A DNA stretch of 63,135 nt, filler included, from Sphingomonadaceae bacterium (lineage in GTDB: Bacteria > Chloroflexota > UBA6077): NCBI GenBank assembly GCA_050261575.1. It is 3 parts of 3 records of this genome, joined end to end, with 100 filler letters (N's around TTAATTAATTAA, not from the genome) between each part and the next. Parts side by side here need not be neighbours in the genome. Positions count along the whole stretch, not along the records: positions 29,026 to 59,705 come from JBLNDL010000052.1; positions 59,806 to 63,135 come from JBLNDL010000062.1; 1 more part is not named here. The stretch is one strand, 5' to 3'. Of the stretch, positions 52,569-63,135 are shown in pieces (the first letter of the stretch is position 1; the number at the start of each line of letters is the position of its first letter). A program made the translations under genes and the position numbers. The notes below the pieces were generated by a model that saw only the letters and a list, made by a program, of their open reading frames with translations, did no database searches and was not told the origin of the DNA.

Positions 52569-52792
52569 TGCTCCACCTCGGTGGCGGCCTCGATGGCCGC
52601 GAGCCTGCGGGTCGCCGATTCCCCTGGGGCGGAGGTCGCGACCCCTGGGCTGGCGGTAGCGGGCGACGAGGGGCGAGGCACGATACGATCCCGACGAATG
52701 TGGCGCACCAAAGAGAGCAGCAGGTCCGCGAGGGTGATGGCCACCGCAAGACCGGCCAGGCTCGCCACCAGGAGTATCTCCTGCTGGGTCAC
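52562..52792 (-). CDS. Small single-TM hypothetical protein
   Basis: GTG overlaps the regulator stop; N-terminal hydrophobic helix; its stop overlaps the NUDIX start. Confidence 0.5.
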   Translation of the reverse strand: MTQQEILLVASLAGLAVAITLADLLLSLVRHIRRDRIVPRPSSPATASPGVATSAPGESATRRLAAIEAATEVEQW

Positions 52793-53181
52793 TGGGAAGG
52801 CTCCGAGTCGACGAAGACCCTCGCCCGGATCTTCATCTCCAGGGCATCGAGGTCGAAGGGCTTGTCCACGTAGTCGTCGCAGCCGGAGTCGAGGGCCTTG
52901 GACCTGTCGGCCGGACGGGCCAGGGCCGTGATCGCGATGATAGGTATGTCGCGGCTGCGCGGATCCCGCTTCAGCCGCCGGGCGACCTCGTATCCATCCA
53001 TCTTCGGCAGCATGAGATCGAGGAGCACCAGACAGGGCAACTCGTCCGACACCTTGGATAGGGCTTCGACGCCGTCGCTCGCCAGCACCGCCCGGCAACC
53101 GACCATGTCCTCCACGACAGCGCGGACGATCTCTTGGTTGTCCGGCTCGTCCTCGACGATCAGGATCGGCCGCTGCTCCAC
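52789..53181 (-). CDS. Single-domain response regulator (DivK-like)
   Basis: ILIVEDE, LLDLMLPKMDG, IIAITALA, GCDDYVDKPF. GTG 53181. Confidence 0.9.
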   Translation of the reverse strand: MEQRPILIVEDEPDNQEIVRAVVEDMVGCRAVLASDGVEALSKVSDELPCLVLLDLMLPKMDGYEVARRLKRDPRSRDIPIIAITALARPADRSKALDSGCDDYVDKPFDLDALEMKIRARVFVDSEPSQ

Positions 53182-53239
53182 CGAAGCTCCTCCCTGGAAC
53201 GAATGCACTTGAGTCGAAGCCTCTGCTTGCCTGGAGTCT

Positions 53240-53280
53240 AGTGTAAGATGTTGATGCAGAGGGGTCAACTGGGGTCAACC
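53240..53280 (-). promoter_or_regulatory. Promoter with tandem 10-bp direct repeat
   Basis: TTGACC-N17-TACACT on the minus strand; GGGGTCAACT-GGGGTCAACC at 53261-53280. Confidence 0.5.
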
Positions 53281-53318
53281 TACGGCCCCTTCGCACAAGC
53301 GGCTTCTACCATGCTATA

Positions 53319-54014
53319 ATGCGCCGACCCTGGCGCTCACTGGAGGTTTCGACCCTGAAGCTCTCCGTCCTGATCCCCGTCTACAACGAGCGAGACTCCA
53401 TAGAGGAGATCCTCCGTCGCGTGGCAGCCGTCCCGATTCCGAAGGAGATCATCGTCGTGAACGACTGCTCCCGCGACGGCACCGGCGAGATCCTGGACGG
53501 GCTTTCTATCGAGGGGCTTCGGGTGATTCACCACGAGCGGAACCAGGGGAAGGGCGCGGCGATCCGAACTGCCCTCGAGGCCGCCACGGGGGATCTGGCG
53601 ATCATCCAGGATGCCGACCTGGAGTACGATCCGGACGAGTACGTCAAACTGCTCCACCCCATCTTGCACAACCGGGCTCAGGTGGTGTACGGCGTTCGGA
53701 ACCTGGACGGCCAGAAGTGGCTGTTTCGGAACGGGAACCGGTTCCTCTCTTGGGCCACCAGCCTGCTGTATGGGGCTTCCATCCACGACATGGAAACCTG
53801 CTACAAGCTGATCCCCACCAAGCTTTTCAGGGAGCTGGACATCCGCTGCAATCGGTTCGATCTGGAGCCCGAGATCACCGCGAAGCTGCTGCGCCGAGGC
53901 CACCGTATCCACGAGGTCCCAATCAGCTACCGCCCTCGGGGCGACAAGAAGCTCTCCGCCTGGCGGGACGGCTTGCCCGCCATCCTGACGCTACTGAGGC
54001 TGCGCTTCAGCTAG
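53319..54014 (+). CDS. Glycosyltransferase family 2 (DPM1-like)
   Basis: LSVLIPVYNE, VNDCSRDGT, NQGKGAA, IQDADLEYDP, DMETCYK. True start may be CTG 53355 (GGAGG RBS; the ATG overlaps a TATAAT). Confidence 0.9.
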   Translation: MRRPWRSLEVSTLKLSVLIPVYNERDSIEEILRRVAAVPIPKEIIVVNDCSRDGTGEILDGLSIEGLRVIHHERNQGKGAAIRTALEAATGDLAIIQDADLEYDPDEYVKLLHPILHNRAQVVYGVRNLDGQKWLFRNGNRFLSWATSLLYGASIHDMETCYKLIPTKLFRELDIRCNRFDLEPEITAKLLRRGHRIHEVPISYRPRGDKKLSAWRDGLPAILTLLRLRFS

Positions 54015-54101
54015 GCGTCTGCCGCCACAGAGGCACCCCGACCCGCCCACAGATGTACACTGGGGAAGCTGTCGACATCGAATCCGCCCACTGCTCGGCC
54101 C

Positions 54102-55289
54102 CTACGCTCGCCCCAACCGTCTGTGGAGCACCCTGCCCAGCCGACGGATCCCCTCCTCGATGGTCGACTCGTCCGAGGTGGAGTAGCTCAAGCGGAGGCA
54201 GTTGTCGCCGCCGATCCCGCCTGGGTGGAAGGCCTGGCCGGGCACGAAGGCCACCTTCTCGCTCGCCGCCAACTCGAAGAGTTCCAGCGCCGAGAGGCCG
54301 TCGGGGAGGGTGACGAAGATGAACATCCCGCCCTCGGGCGTGGTGTAGCGGACCTCTGGGGGAAAGTAGGCTGCCATGGCGGCCATCATCGCGTCGGCTT
54401 GCCGCCTGTACGCCTCAGTTAGGATGGCGACGTGGCCATCGATGTCGTTGTCCACCAGGTAGCGGTGTAGGACCCGCTGGTCGAAGTAGCTGGAATGGAA
54501 GTCGGTCGCCTGCTTGGCGAGGGTGAACTGCTCCACCAGCTCCCGATCCGCACAGATCCAGCCGAGCCTGAAGCCCGGAGCCACGGTCTTGGAGAAGGTG
54601 CCCAACAGGATGGCCCCGCCGTGGTAGTGCCTGAGGGTCGGGAGGTCCTCGCCCCGGAAACGGAGTTCGCCGTAGGGGTCGTCCTCCACCAGCAGCACGC
54701 CGTGCCGCGCCGCGATCTCGGCAGTTCCCCTCCGCTTGGCGGCGGAGTAGCTGAGCCCCGAGGGGTTCTGGAAGTTGGGGACGGTGTAGAGCATCTTGAC
54801 CCCCGGCAGCCGGCACGCCTCATCCAGCAACTCCAGGTCGATCCCATCCTCCCGCAACGGCACCGTGTGGAAGGTAGGCTGGTACATGGCAAAGGCCTGG
54901 ATGGCACCGTGGTAGGCCGGGCGCTCCAGGATCACGCCATCCCCAGGGTTCAGCAGCACCTTGCCCAGCAGGTCGAACCCCTGCTGGGAGCCGTTCGTGA
55001 TCAGGATCTGCTCGGCCGTGACCTCTAACCCCTTTTTCTCCCGATACCTTCGGGCGACGAACTCCCTCAGGGGCAGGTATCCCTGGGTGGTGGCGTACTG
55101 GAGGATGTCCGGGCCGTCCTGTCTCAACACCTTCGCGGCGGCCTCGGCGATCTCCTCGACGGGGAAGAGGCTGGGGTTCGGAAGCCCTCCTGCGAAGGAG
55201 ATTATCTCGGGGTCCTCCGTGACCCTCAGGATCTCCGTGACGAAAGAGCGATGGGGCTTGGACATTCGGTCGGCAAATCGGTAGCTCAA
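54102..55289 (-). CDS. PLP-dependent class I aminotransferase
   Basis: ISFAGGLP, ITNGSQQ, PNFQNPSG, EDDPYGEL, GTFSKTVAPGFRLGW, LRLSYS. Confidence 0.92.
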   Translation of the reverse strand: MSYRFADRMSKPHRSFVTEILRVTEDPEIISFAGGLPNPSLFPVEEIAEAAAKVLRQDGPDILQYATTQGYLPLREFVARRYREKKGLEVTAEQILITNGSQQGFDLLGKVLLNPGDGVILERPAYHGAIQAFAMYQPTFHTVPLREDGIDLELLDEACRLPGVKMLYTVPNFQNPSGLSYSAAKRRGTAEIAARHGVLLVEDDPYGELRFRGEDLPTLRHYHGGAILLGTFSKTVAPGFRLGWICADRELVEQFTLAKQATDFHSSYFDQRVLHRYLVDNDIDGHVAILTEAYRRQADAMMAAMAAYFPPEVRYTTPEGGMFIFVTLPDGLSALELFELAASEKVAFVPGQAFHPGGIGGDNCLRLSYSTSDESTIEEGIRRLGRVLHRRLGRA

Positions 55290-55639
55290 CTGTGGTCCCT
55301 ACACCTCTCTCCCTGCAGGATAGCGAAGACACCCAGGATCGGGTGCCCATAGAAATGGGGCAGATACCCAGTATACGGCAGGCCTCATGATACCCCAGCA
55401 GAGGCATTCGACTCAAACAGCCGCGGGTCGTCGCCGTTGCGAACCGATCGCTATCCTCATCGCTAGACAATGACACAATGGGGTGCTTCGTGCTATACTC
55501 CGATGAGTGGTATGAATCGGCAGTCCGCAACTTCGGTTGGGCTCGGCACGGGACGCTTCGGCGTCTCTGTTCTCCCCTCACCTCATGTCGCGCTGACCGA
55601 CCAGCCCAATACCTTTGTGACCTGAGGAGTCAGCGCGAG

Positions 55640-55933
55640 ATGCAAGACAAGACCCTAACCTGCCGCGATTGCGGAAGCGGCTTCGTGTTCACTGCCGGCG
55701 AGCAGGAGTTCTACGCCAGAAAGGGCTTCGCCAACGAGCCGACCCGGTGCCCTAGCTGCCGTGCAGCCCGCAAGCGCAGCCAGGGCGGCGAGCGCGCCGA
55801 GAGGCAGATGTTCGACGTCGTTTGCGCCGAGTGCGGCAAGGAAACCCGCGTCCCCTTCCAGCCCCGAAGCGATCGCCCGGTATACTGCTCGGACTGCTTC
55901 GAGAATCAGCGGAGCAGCAGGAACCGTTGGTAG
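55640..55933 (+). CDS. Zinc-ribbon / CxxC-x17-CxxC domain protein
   Basis: DKTLTCRDCG..FVFTAGEQEFY..KGF.NEP.RCPSCR and CAECG...VPFQP...RPVYCSDCF. Confidence 0.9.
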   Translation: MQDKTLTCRDCGSGFVFTAGEQEFYARKGFANEPTRCPSCRAARKRSQGGERAERQMFDVVCAECGKETRVPFQPRSDRPVYCSDCFENQRSSRNRW

Positions 55934-57204
55934 AAGCCATCGCCTCTTTTTCCGAACTGAATCTGCGGCCCGAGACATTGGCCGCGCTCGAGGGGATGGG
56001 GATCTCGGTCCCCACCCCCATCCAGCAGGAAGCCATCCCCCCTCTGCTCCAGGGCCTGGACGTGGTCGGCCAGGCTCGGACAGGCTCCGGCAAGACCCTC
56101 GCCTTCGGGCTCCCCATCGTCGAACGATGCGACCCCACGATCCGCGGGATTCAGGCCCTGGTGCTCACCCCGACTCGGGAGCTGGCGATCCAGGTGGCCG
56201 AGGTGCTGGACCGGCTCGCCCAGGCCAGGCGGATGTGGCTGACCCTCGTGTACGGCGGCAGGCCCCTGGAGCCCGAGCGGGAGGCTCTGATGAACGGGGC
56301 ACAGATCGTCGTGGGTACACCTGGGAGGGTCCTGGATCACCTGTGGCAGGGGAACCTGCTACCCCAGCACCTGCGGATCTTCGTCCTGGACGAGGGGGAC
56401 GAGATGCTGGACCGGGGGTTCGCCCCCGAAGTGGAGAAGATCCTCTGGCTGATGCCGGAGGAGCGGCAGACCGCCCTCTTCTCGGCCACGCTGCCCGAGT
56501 GGATCACGTCGACCATCAAGCGCCACCTGCGCAACCCGGTCACCGTGCGGGTCGACGGCAACTGCGAGGCGCCCCCCGAGATCGAGCAGGTGGTGTTCGA
56601 GCTGGATCCGAGGGCGAAGCTCTCGGCCCTCTGCACCTTGCTGGACCATCGTGGCGACGGGCCGGTGCTGGTGTTTGGCCGCACGAAGATCGGGGTGGAG
56701 AGGCTGGCGGCCGACCTGCGGCGGCTTGGCTACCCCGTGGCCGCACTCCAGGGGAACATGAGCCAGGAATCCCGAGAGCGGGTGATGGACAGCTTCCGGT
56801 CGGGTCGCGTCCAGATCCTGTTGGCCACGAACGTCGCGGCGCGCGGGCTGGACGTGGAAGGGATCGAGGGGGTGATCAATTACGAGCTGCCCGAGTCGGC
56901 GGAGCTGTTCACCCACCGCTCGGGTCGAACCGGCCGGATGGGTCGCGAGGGGGTGACCATCACCCTGCTCACCCCCGAGGACGCGCCCAAGTGGCGGCAG
57001 ATCGAGCTGGCGCTGGGGCGCCGCCTGCCGCGACGCCCCTGGCCGGGCGGCGAGCCCGCCACCAGCATCGACGAGTCGATGGAGCAGGCGGCCGCGAGGT
57101 CCGAACGCACGTCGCGGCAGCGGCGCGAGGCCCGCGGTGGCGCTCGAGCCCGGGGCGACCGGCGGCCCGTTAGGAGACGACCCGAGGCCGGAACCGCCAG
57201 CTAA
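55927..57204 (+). CDS. DEAD-box RNA helicase
   Basis: PTPIQ, ARTGSGKT, PTRELA, TPGR, DEGD, SAT, VAARGLD, HRSGRTGR. TTG start 55927 is inferred. Confidence 0.92.
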   Translation: MVEAIASFSELNLRPETLAALEGMGISVPTPIQQEAIPPLLQGLDVVGQARTGSGKTLAFGLPIVERCDPTIRGIQALVLTPTRELAIQVAEVLDRLAQARRMWLTLVYGGRPLEPEREALMNGAQIVVGTPGRVLDHLWQGNLLPQHLRIFVLDEGDEMLDRGFAPEVEKILWLMPEERQTALFSATLPEWITSTIKRHLRNPVTVRVDGNCEAPPEIEQVVFELDPRAKLSALCTLLDHRGDGPVLVFGRTKIGVERLAADLRRLGYPVAALQGNMSQESRERVMDSFRSGRVQILLATNVAARGLDVEGIEGVINYELPESAELFTHRSGRTGRMGREGVTITLLTPEDAPKWRQIELALGRRLPRRPWPGGEPATSIDESMEQAAARSERTSRQRREARGGARARGDRRPVRRRPEAGTAS

Positions 57205-57214
57205 GAAACCACGG

Positions 57215-57298
57215 CGGATCCACAGATGTCGCAGATCGACGCAGATGGACGACCACGAGGCCTACATCTGCGTGCATCTGCGAGCATCTGCGGTTCGG
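57215..57298. repeat. Palindromic CAGAT-unit repeat, copy 2
   Basis: CACAGATGTCGCAGATCGACGCAGAT...ATCTGCGTGCATCTGCGAGCATCTGCGG. Confidence 0.8.
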
Positions 57299-57678
57299 TT
57301 CTGTTGGACACTCCAAAGACAGCCAAGGGTTACGTGGGGGCGACCGCACCGGCGGCGCCAGCGTAACGCACGCCCTCCCCAAGTGTCCGTATCCCCCCTG
57401 TGGCGCGCCGCCTTCCCCGAGAATACCGCTTCACACACCTTCCGGCGATATCCGGGAAGCCCACCCAATCCGGAGTGTGGATCCCAACGTCGTTCGCTCC
57501 TTGGCCCCCCAGAGCGCAGGACGTTCACCACCGGCCACTTCAGGGCGGAACCCTCGTACTCTCCGGCGACGGCAAGGCGCATCGCTCCCCCATCCAAGTC
57601 CGTGATGGGCAGCCGTCGGTGCTGGGGGGCCTGCACTCGGCATCGGCAGGAGCATGCGGCGGTGACCACTCGAACGTC

Positions 57679-57707
57679 TTGAAGCTTTTTCTCATATATA
57701 CTATGCT
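57679..57707 (+). promoter_or_regulatory. Sigma70-type promoter of sod
   Basis: TTGAAG-N17-TATGCT in an AT-rich patch. Confidence 0.5.
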
Positions 57708-57816
57708 AAGCGTGTGTCTCATCGCGCCGTCGTGGCCCGTCCCGCCACGGGTGCGGCACGAGTCCCTACTGGGCGTCCGCAGTGTCGCCCATCGAGTGAT
57801 CGCTTTGGAGAGTGAA

Positions 57817-58434
57817 GTGGCAGACAAGATCGAGGCCAAGCAGTTCAAGTCCTTCTCCGTGGAGCTAGACGGCATCTCCAAGAGGACCATGGAGGAGCAC
57901 TACAAGCTGTACCAGGGTTACGTCAACAAGACCAACGAGATCCGGGAGAAGCTGGAGGGGGTCAACCTGGCCGGCGCAAACCAGACCTTCAGCGACGTTC
58001 GGGAGCTGGCCGTGGAGCTGAGCTTTGCCCTCGGCGGGGTGAAGAACCACGAGCTCTACTTCGCCAACCTCGGCGGCAAGGGGGGCAAGGCCACGGGGCG
58101 TGTGTTGGAGCTGATCGAGCGCGATTTCGGTTCCTTCGAGGGCTGGCAGGCCCAGTTCAAGGCATTCGGCATCGGCGGGCGCGGATGGGCCTGGCTCGCC
58201 TACGACTACATGGACGACAAGCTGCACAACTACATCGGCGACTCCCAGAACAGCTATCCCATCTGGGACGCCACCCCCATCCTGGGGCTGGACGTCTACG
58301 AGCACGCCTACTACTTGGACTACGGGACCAAACGGGCAGACTACATCGACGCCTTCTTCCGCAACGTCGACTGGGACGACGTGAACCGCCGTCTCGCCGA
58401 GGTGGAGAGGGCCGCCAGGGCCCGCAAGGGTTAG
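57817..58434 (+). CDS. Fe/Mn superoxide dismutase
   Basis: EHYKLYQGYV, NHELYF, GWAWL, LDVYEHAYYLDY, VDW. GTG 57817. Confidence 0.92.
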   Translation: MADKIEAKQFKSFSVELDGISKRTMEEHYKLYQGYVNKTNEIREKLEGVNLAGANQTFSDVRELAVELSFALGGVKNHELYFANLGGKGGKATGRVLELIERDFGSFEGWQAQFKAFGIGGRGWAWLAYDYMDDKLHNYIGDSQNSYPIWDATPILGLDVYEHAYYLDYGTKRADYIDAFFRNVDWDDVNRRLAEVERAARARKG

Positions 58435-58464
58435 GGGGCCATCGAGGAGCGCTGTCCCCACTTG

Positions 58465-58652
58465 CGCCCGAGCCCTCACCCGCTATGCGCAACCGCCTCT
58501 CCTAGAGGGAGAGGCGGTTGCGTCTGCCTCCCTTTCCATCTGGGAGAGGCACGGCGCTCCGCTCGCTCGCGTCGCGGGGTGAGGGTGACCCCCTCCCCTG
58601 GGAGACACGTGAACGTGCCCGAGGGCACGTTCACGTGGTGAGGGCTCGGGCG
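58465..58652. mobile_element. MITE/REP-like 188-bp element with 16-bp terminal inverted repeats
   Basis: CGCCCGAGCCCTCACC (58465-80) / GGTGAGGGCTCGGGCG (58637-52), with two internal 15-bp-arm palindromes. No clear target-site duplication. Confidence 0.55.
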
Positions 58653-58911
58653 GTGCCAGCAACCCGGCCCCCCGCGAGAGCACACTCCGACCGTTGTGCT
58701 ATCCTCTACTGCATCGAGCAGAGCCGGAGGTGTGAAGGCGAGCGGGGAGTTCGCCGCCGGTACTGCTCCATCCTACTCCAATAGTCGTATCGCGAATCAG
58801 CACTCGATCCGATGCCGGGTCTCTCGGCAAATGGTATCGTGACGTCGAGGACTGGTTTCCTGGCCGGCGCGCGCCGGGTTCTGCCATTCACCATTGGAGG
58901 AGGAGACTGCC

Positions 58912-59691
58912 ATGAGTGAGGTCGACGTCGCGGAGATCCAGATCCCATACCCAGAAGCGCAGGACCTGCATCTGAGGATCGGCGTTGGGGCATGCAGGCT
59001 ACGGATCCGTCCCGGGGACGGTGCCATGTGGGTCAGCGGCAGCTACCGCGACCCCTCGGGCGCGCTGCCCTGCCGCGTCTTCCAGGAGGACGGCACCGTC
59101 AGGATCACCCAGGAGCAGAACTGGAGCAACATTCTCGATCGCCTGGGCGGCTTCCCCGCAGGCTTCGACCTGGCCCTGGGCAAGGCCAAGCCCTACGCCC
59201 TCACGATCGAGACCGGGGCCAGCGAAGCCAGCCTCGACGTCGGCAGCCTGCCGATCCGCCGCCTCGAGATCAAGCAGGGGGCAGGCAAGGTGGCGCTCGA
59301 TTTCTCCGCGCCCAATCCCGTGGAGATGAGCCTGCTGACCCTGAGCAACGGGGCAAGCGGCATCGAGATGAGGAACCTGGCCAACGCGAACTTCGCGGAG
59401 ATGGCCGTGGAGGGTGGAGCAGCCGCCTACAGCTTCGACTTCGGCGGCGAACTGCTGCAGAACGGCCGGGTGAGGGTCTCCACGGGCGTGTCCTCGGTGG
59501 AGATCGACGTTCCCGCATCCACAGCCGCCAAGATCTCCTCGGAGACGGTCCTCGGCGGCCTGGACGTGGGCGACGGCTACATGAAGAAGGAGGGAGCCTT
59601 CTGGACCGAGGCGGCGCTCGCGGGCAAGACCCCGCAGCTTGCGATCCGCGTCAACGTCGCGCTGGGTTCGTTGAAGCTGCGCACGAGGTAG
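58912..59691 (+). CDS. Hypothetical protein with repeated beta-strand motifs (LiaF/adhesin-like fold possible)
   Basis: GGAGGAGGAG RBS; repeated 'L.I..GA' units. Confidence 0.7.
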   Translation: MSEVDVAEIQIPYPEAQDLHLRIGVGACRLRIRPGDGAMWVSGSYRDPSGALPCRVFQEDGTVRITQEQNWSNILDRLGGFPAGFDLALGKAKPYALTIETGASEASLDVGSLPIRRLEIKQGAGKVALDFSAPNPVEMSLLTLSNGASGIEMRNLANANFAEMAVEGGAAAYSFDFGGELLQNGRVRVSTGVSSVEIDVPASTAAKISSETVLGGLDVGDGYMKKEGAFWTEAALAGKTPQLAIRVNVALGSLKLRTR

Positions 59692-59705
59692 CCCTGGGCG
59701 GTCCT

Positions 59706-59805
59706 NNNNNNNNNNNNNNNNNNNNNNNNNNNNNNNNNNNNNNNNNNNNTTAATTAATTAANNNNNNNNNNNNNNNNNNNNNNNNNNNNNNNNNNNNNNN
59801 NNNNN
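59706..59805. other. Artificial contig-joining spacer
   Basis: N44-TTAATTAATTAA-N44. Confidence 0.97.
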
Positions 59806-59950
59806 CCCGCCACACCCGCCGCAGGGGTTGTTCCACTTGCTGGCCTATAATAACCCGGTTTAGTTGCATTATCACCCCGACCCCCCAACCGCACCGACGG
59901 GGGCCCGGCCGGCCGGCCGGTCCCCCTTCTGTTCGTGCATGTCCATCGGT

Positions 59951-62506
<2,556 letters not shown>

Positions 62507-62741
62507 AAAACAACCTCGATATCCCTAGCGATCGGCCGTCAGCAGCCGGCCTTCAGCCGCTGCCCCTCGCCATCCACTTCCACCAACCGCCTGCGATTGC
62601 GGACAGACCCCCACGGCTCCCACTCTACGGCTGCGAGCAGAACCGGAGCAGGCCAGCGGGAGGGAGCGAGGAAGGAACGGAGACAGGGAGCCCAAGCAAC
62701 TGCCGAGTGCAGCCGCCCGAGGCGCACAGCATGAGAGGGTA

Positions 62742-62963
62742 TCAACCCTCGCGGCCGTTACGGCCCTCGGATTTCGGCCCGCCCGCGGGCTCAGAATCCT
62801 CGGGGATGGCACCAATCAGCCGCCGGTACTCCTCGATGCCGAGGACCACCGCGAAGGGCTTGCCCTGCTTCTCGATGAGGAAAGTCTCACCGCCGAAGTG
62901 GGCGCGACCGAGGATCTCTGCAAAGTTGTTGCGGGCGTCAGCGGCCCGAATCCTTATGGGCAT
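62742..62963 (-). CDS. Phd/YefM family antitoxin-like protein
   Basis: AADARNNFAEILGRA..GGETFLIEKQGKPFAVVL..EEY pattern. ATG 62963 with AGGAG RBS. Confidence 0.8.
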   Translation of the reverse strand: MPIRIRAADARNNFAEILGRAHFGGETFLIEKQGKPFAVVLGIEEYRRLIGAIPEDSEPAGGPKSEGRNGREG

Positions 62964-63135
62964 TCCGGCACTCCTAACGGGAATCATACGACATTTTGTA
63001 CAAAGTGTCAAAACGCCGCGAGGGGGCCCCCCCCGGGCCCCCCCCGGGCCCCCCCCCCGCCAAACGGGGGACCCCCGCGCACCCCCCCCCCCCCCAAAAA
63101 CCCCCCAACCCCCCCCCCACACCGCCCCGGTCCCG

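Noticed and set aside
57300..57670. Possible ORF or gene remnant between the helicase and sod
   Set aside because: No recognisable motif or RBS; cannot be supported without a search.
63011..63135. C/G-run low-complexity tract (similar at 29026-29100) and the ORF extension MWGGGWGVFGGGG
   Set aside because: Typical low-quality contig-end sequence; not treated as a repeat or G-quadruplex element.

Overview
GC-rich bacterial sequence, most likely a metagenome-assembled Chloroflexota-like or other Terrabacteria genome (taxonomy is inference only). Two artificial 100-nt spacers (N44-TTAATTAATTAA-N44 at 28926-29025 and 59706-59805) split the window into three contigs, so adjacency across them is meaningless. 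Contig 1 holds fabF-accB-fabH, a yqeY/7TM-HD/ybeY/dgkA operon, a LarA-family racemase paired with an AmpS-like peptidase, yceI/hxlR, a multi-GAF histidine kinase with two receiver proteins, and a trehalose/GlgE alpha-glucan cluster. That cluster includes a second, divergent treS sharing an exact 105-bp inverted repeat with the first. Contig 2 holds a TPP-riboswitch thiE-thiG-thiS operon followed by an aldolase. Divergent from it is the best candidate for a new system: iclR, an ALDH1L1-hydrolase-like formyltransferase, a four-subunit 2-oxoacid:ferredoxin oxidoreductase, glcDEF, fhs and a transporter. I read this as a possible anaerobic route glycolate -> glyoxylate -> formyl-CoA -> 10-formyl-THF -> formate + ATP. 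The rest of contig 2 has murT-gatD-murJ, a zinc-ribbon/DEAD-box pair and SOD. Contig 3 holds gyrA with an atypical QRDR and an orphan Phd-type antitoxin. Several families of dispersed palindromic repeats occupy intergenic gaps. I found no CRISPR array, rRNA, tRNA or transposase.
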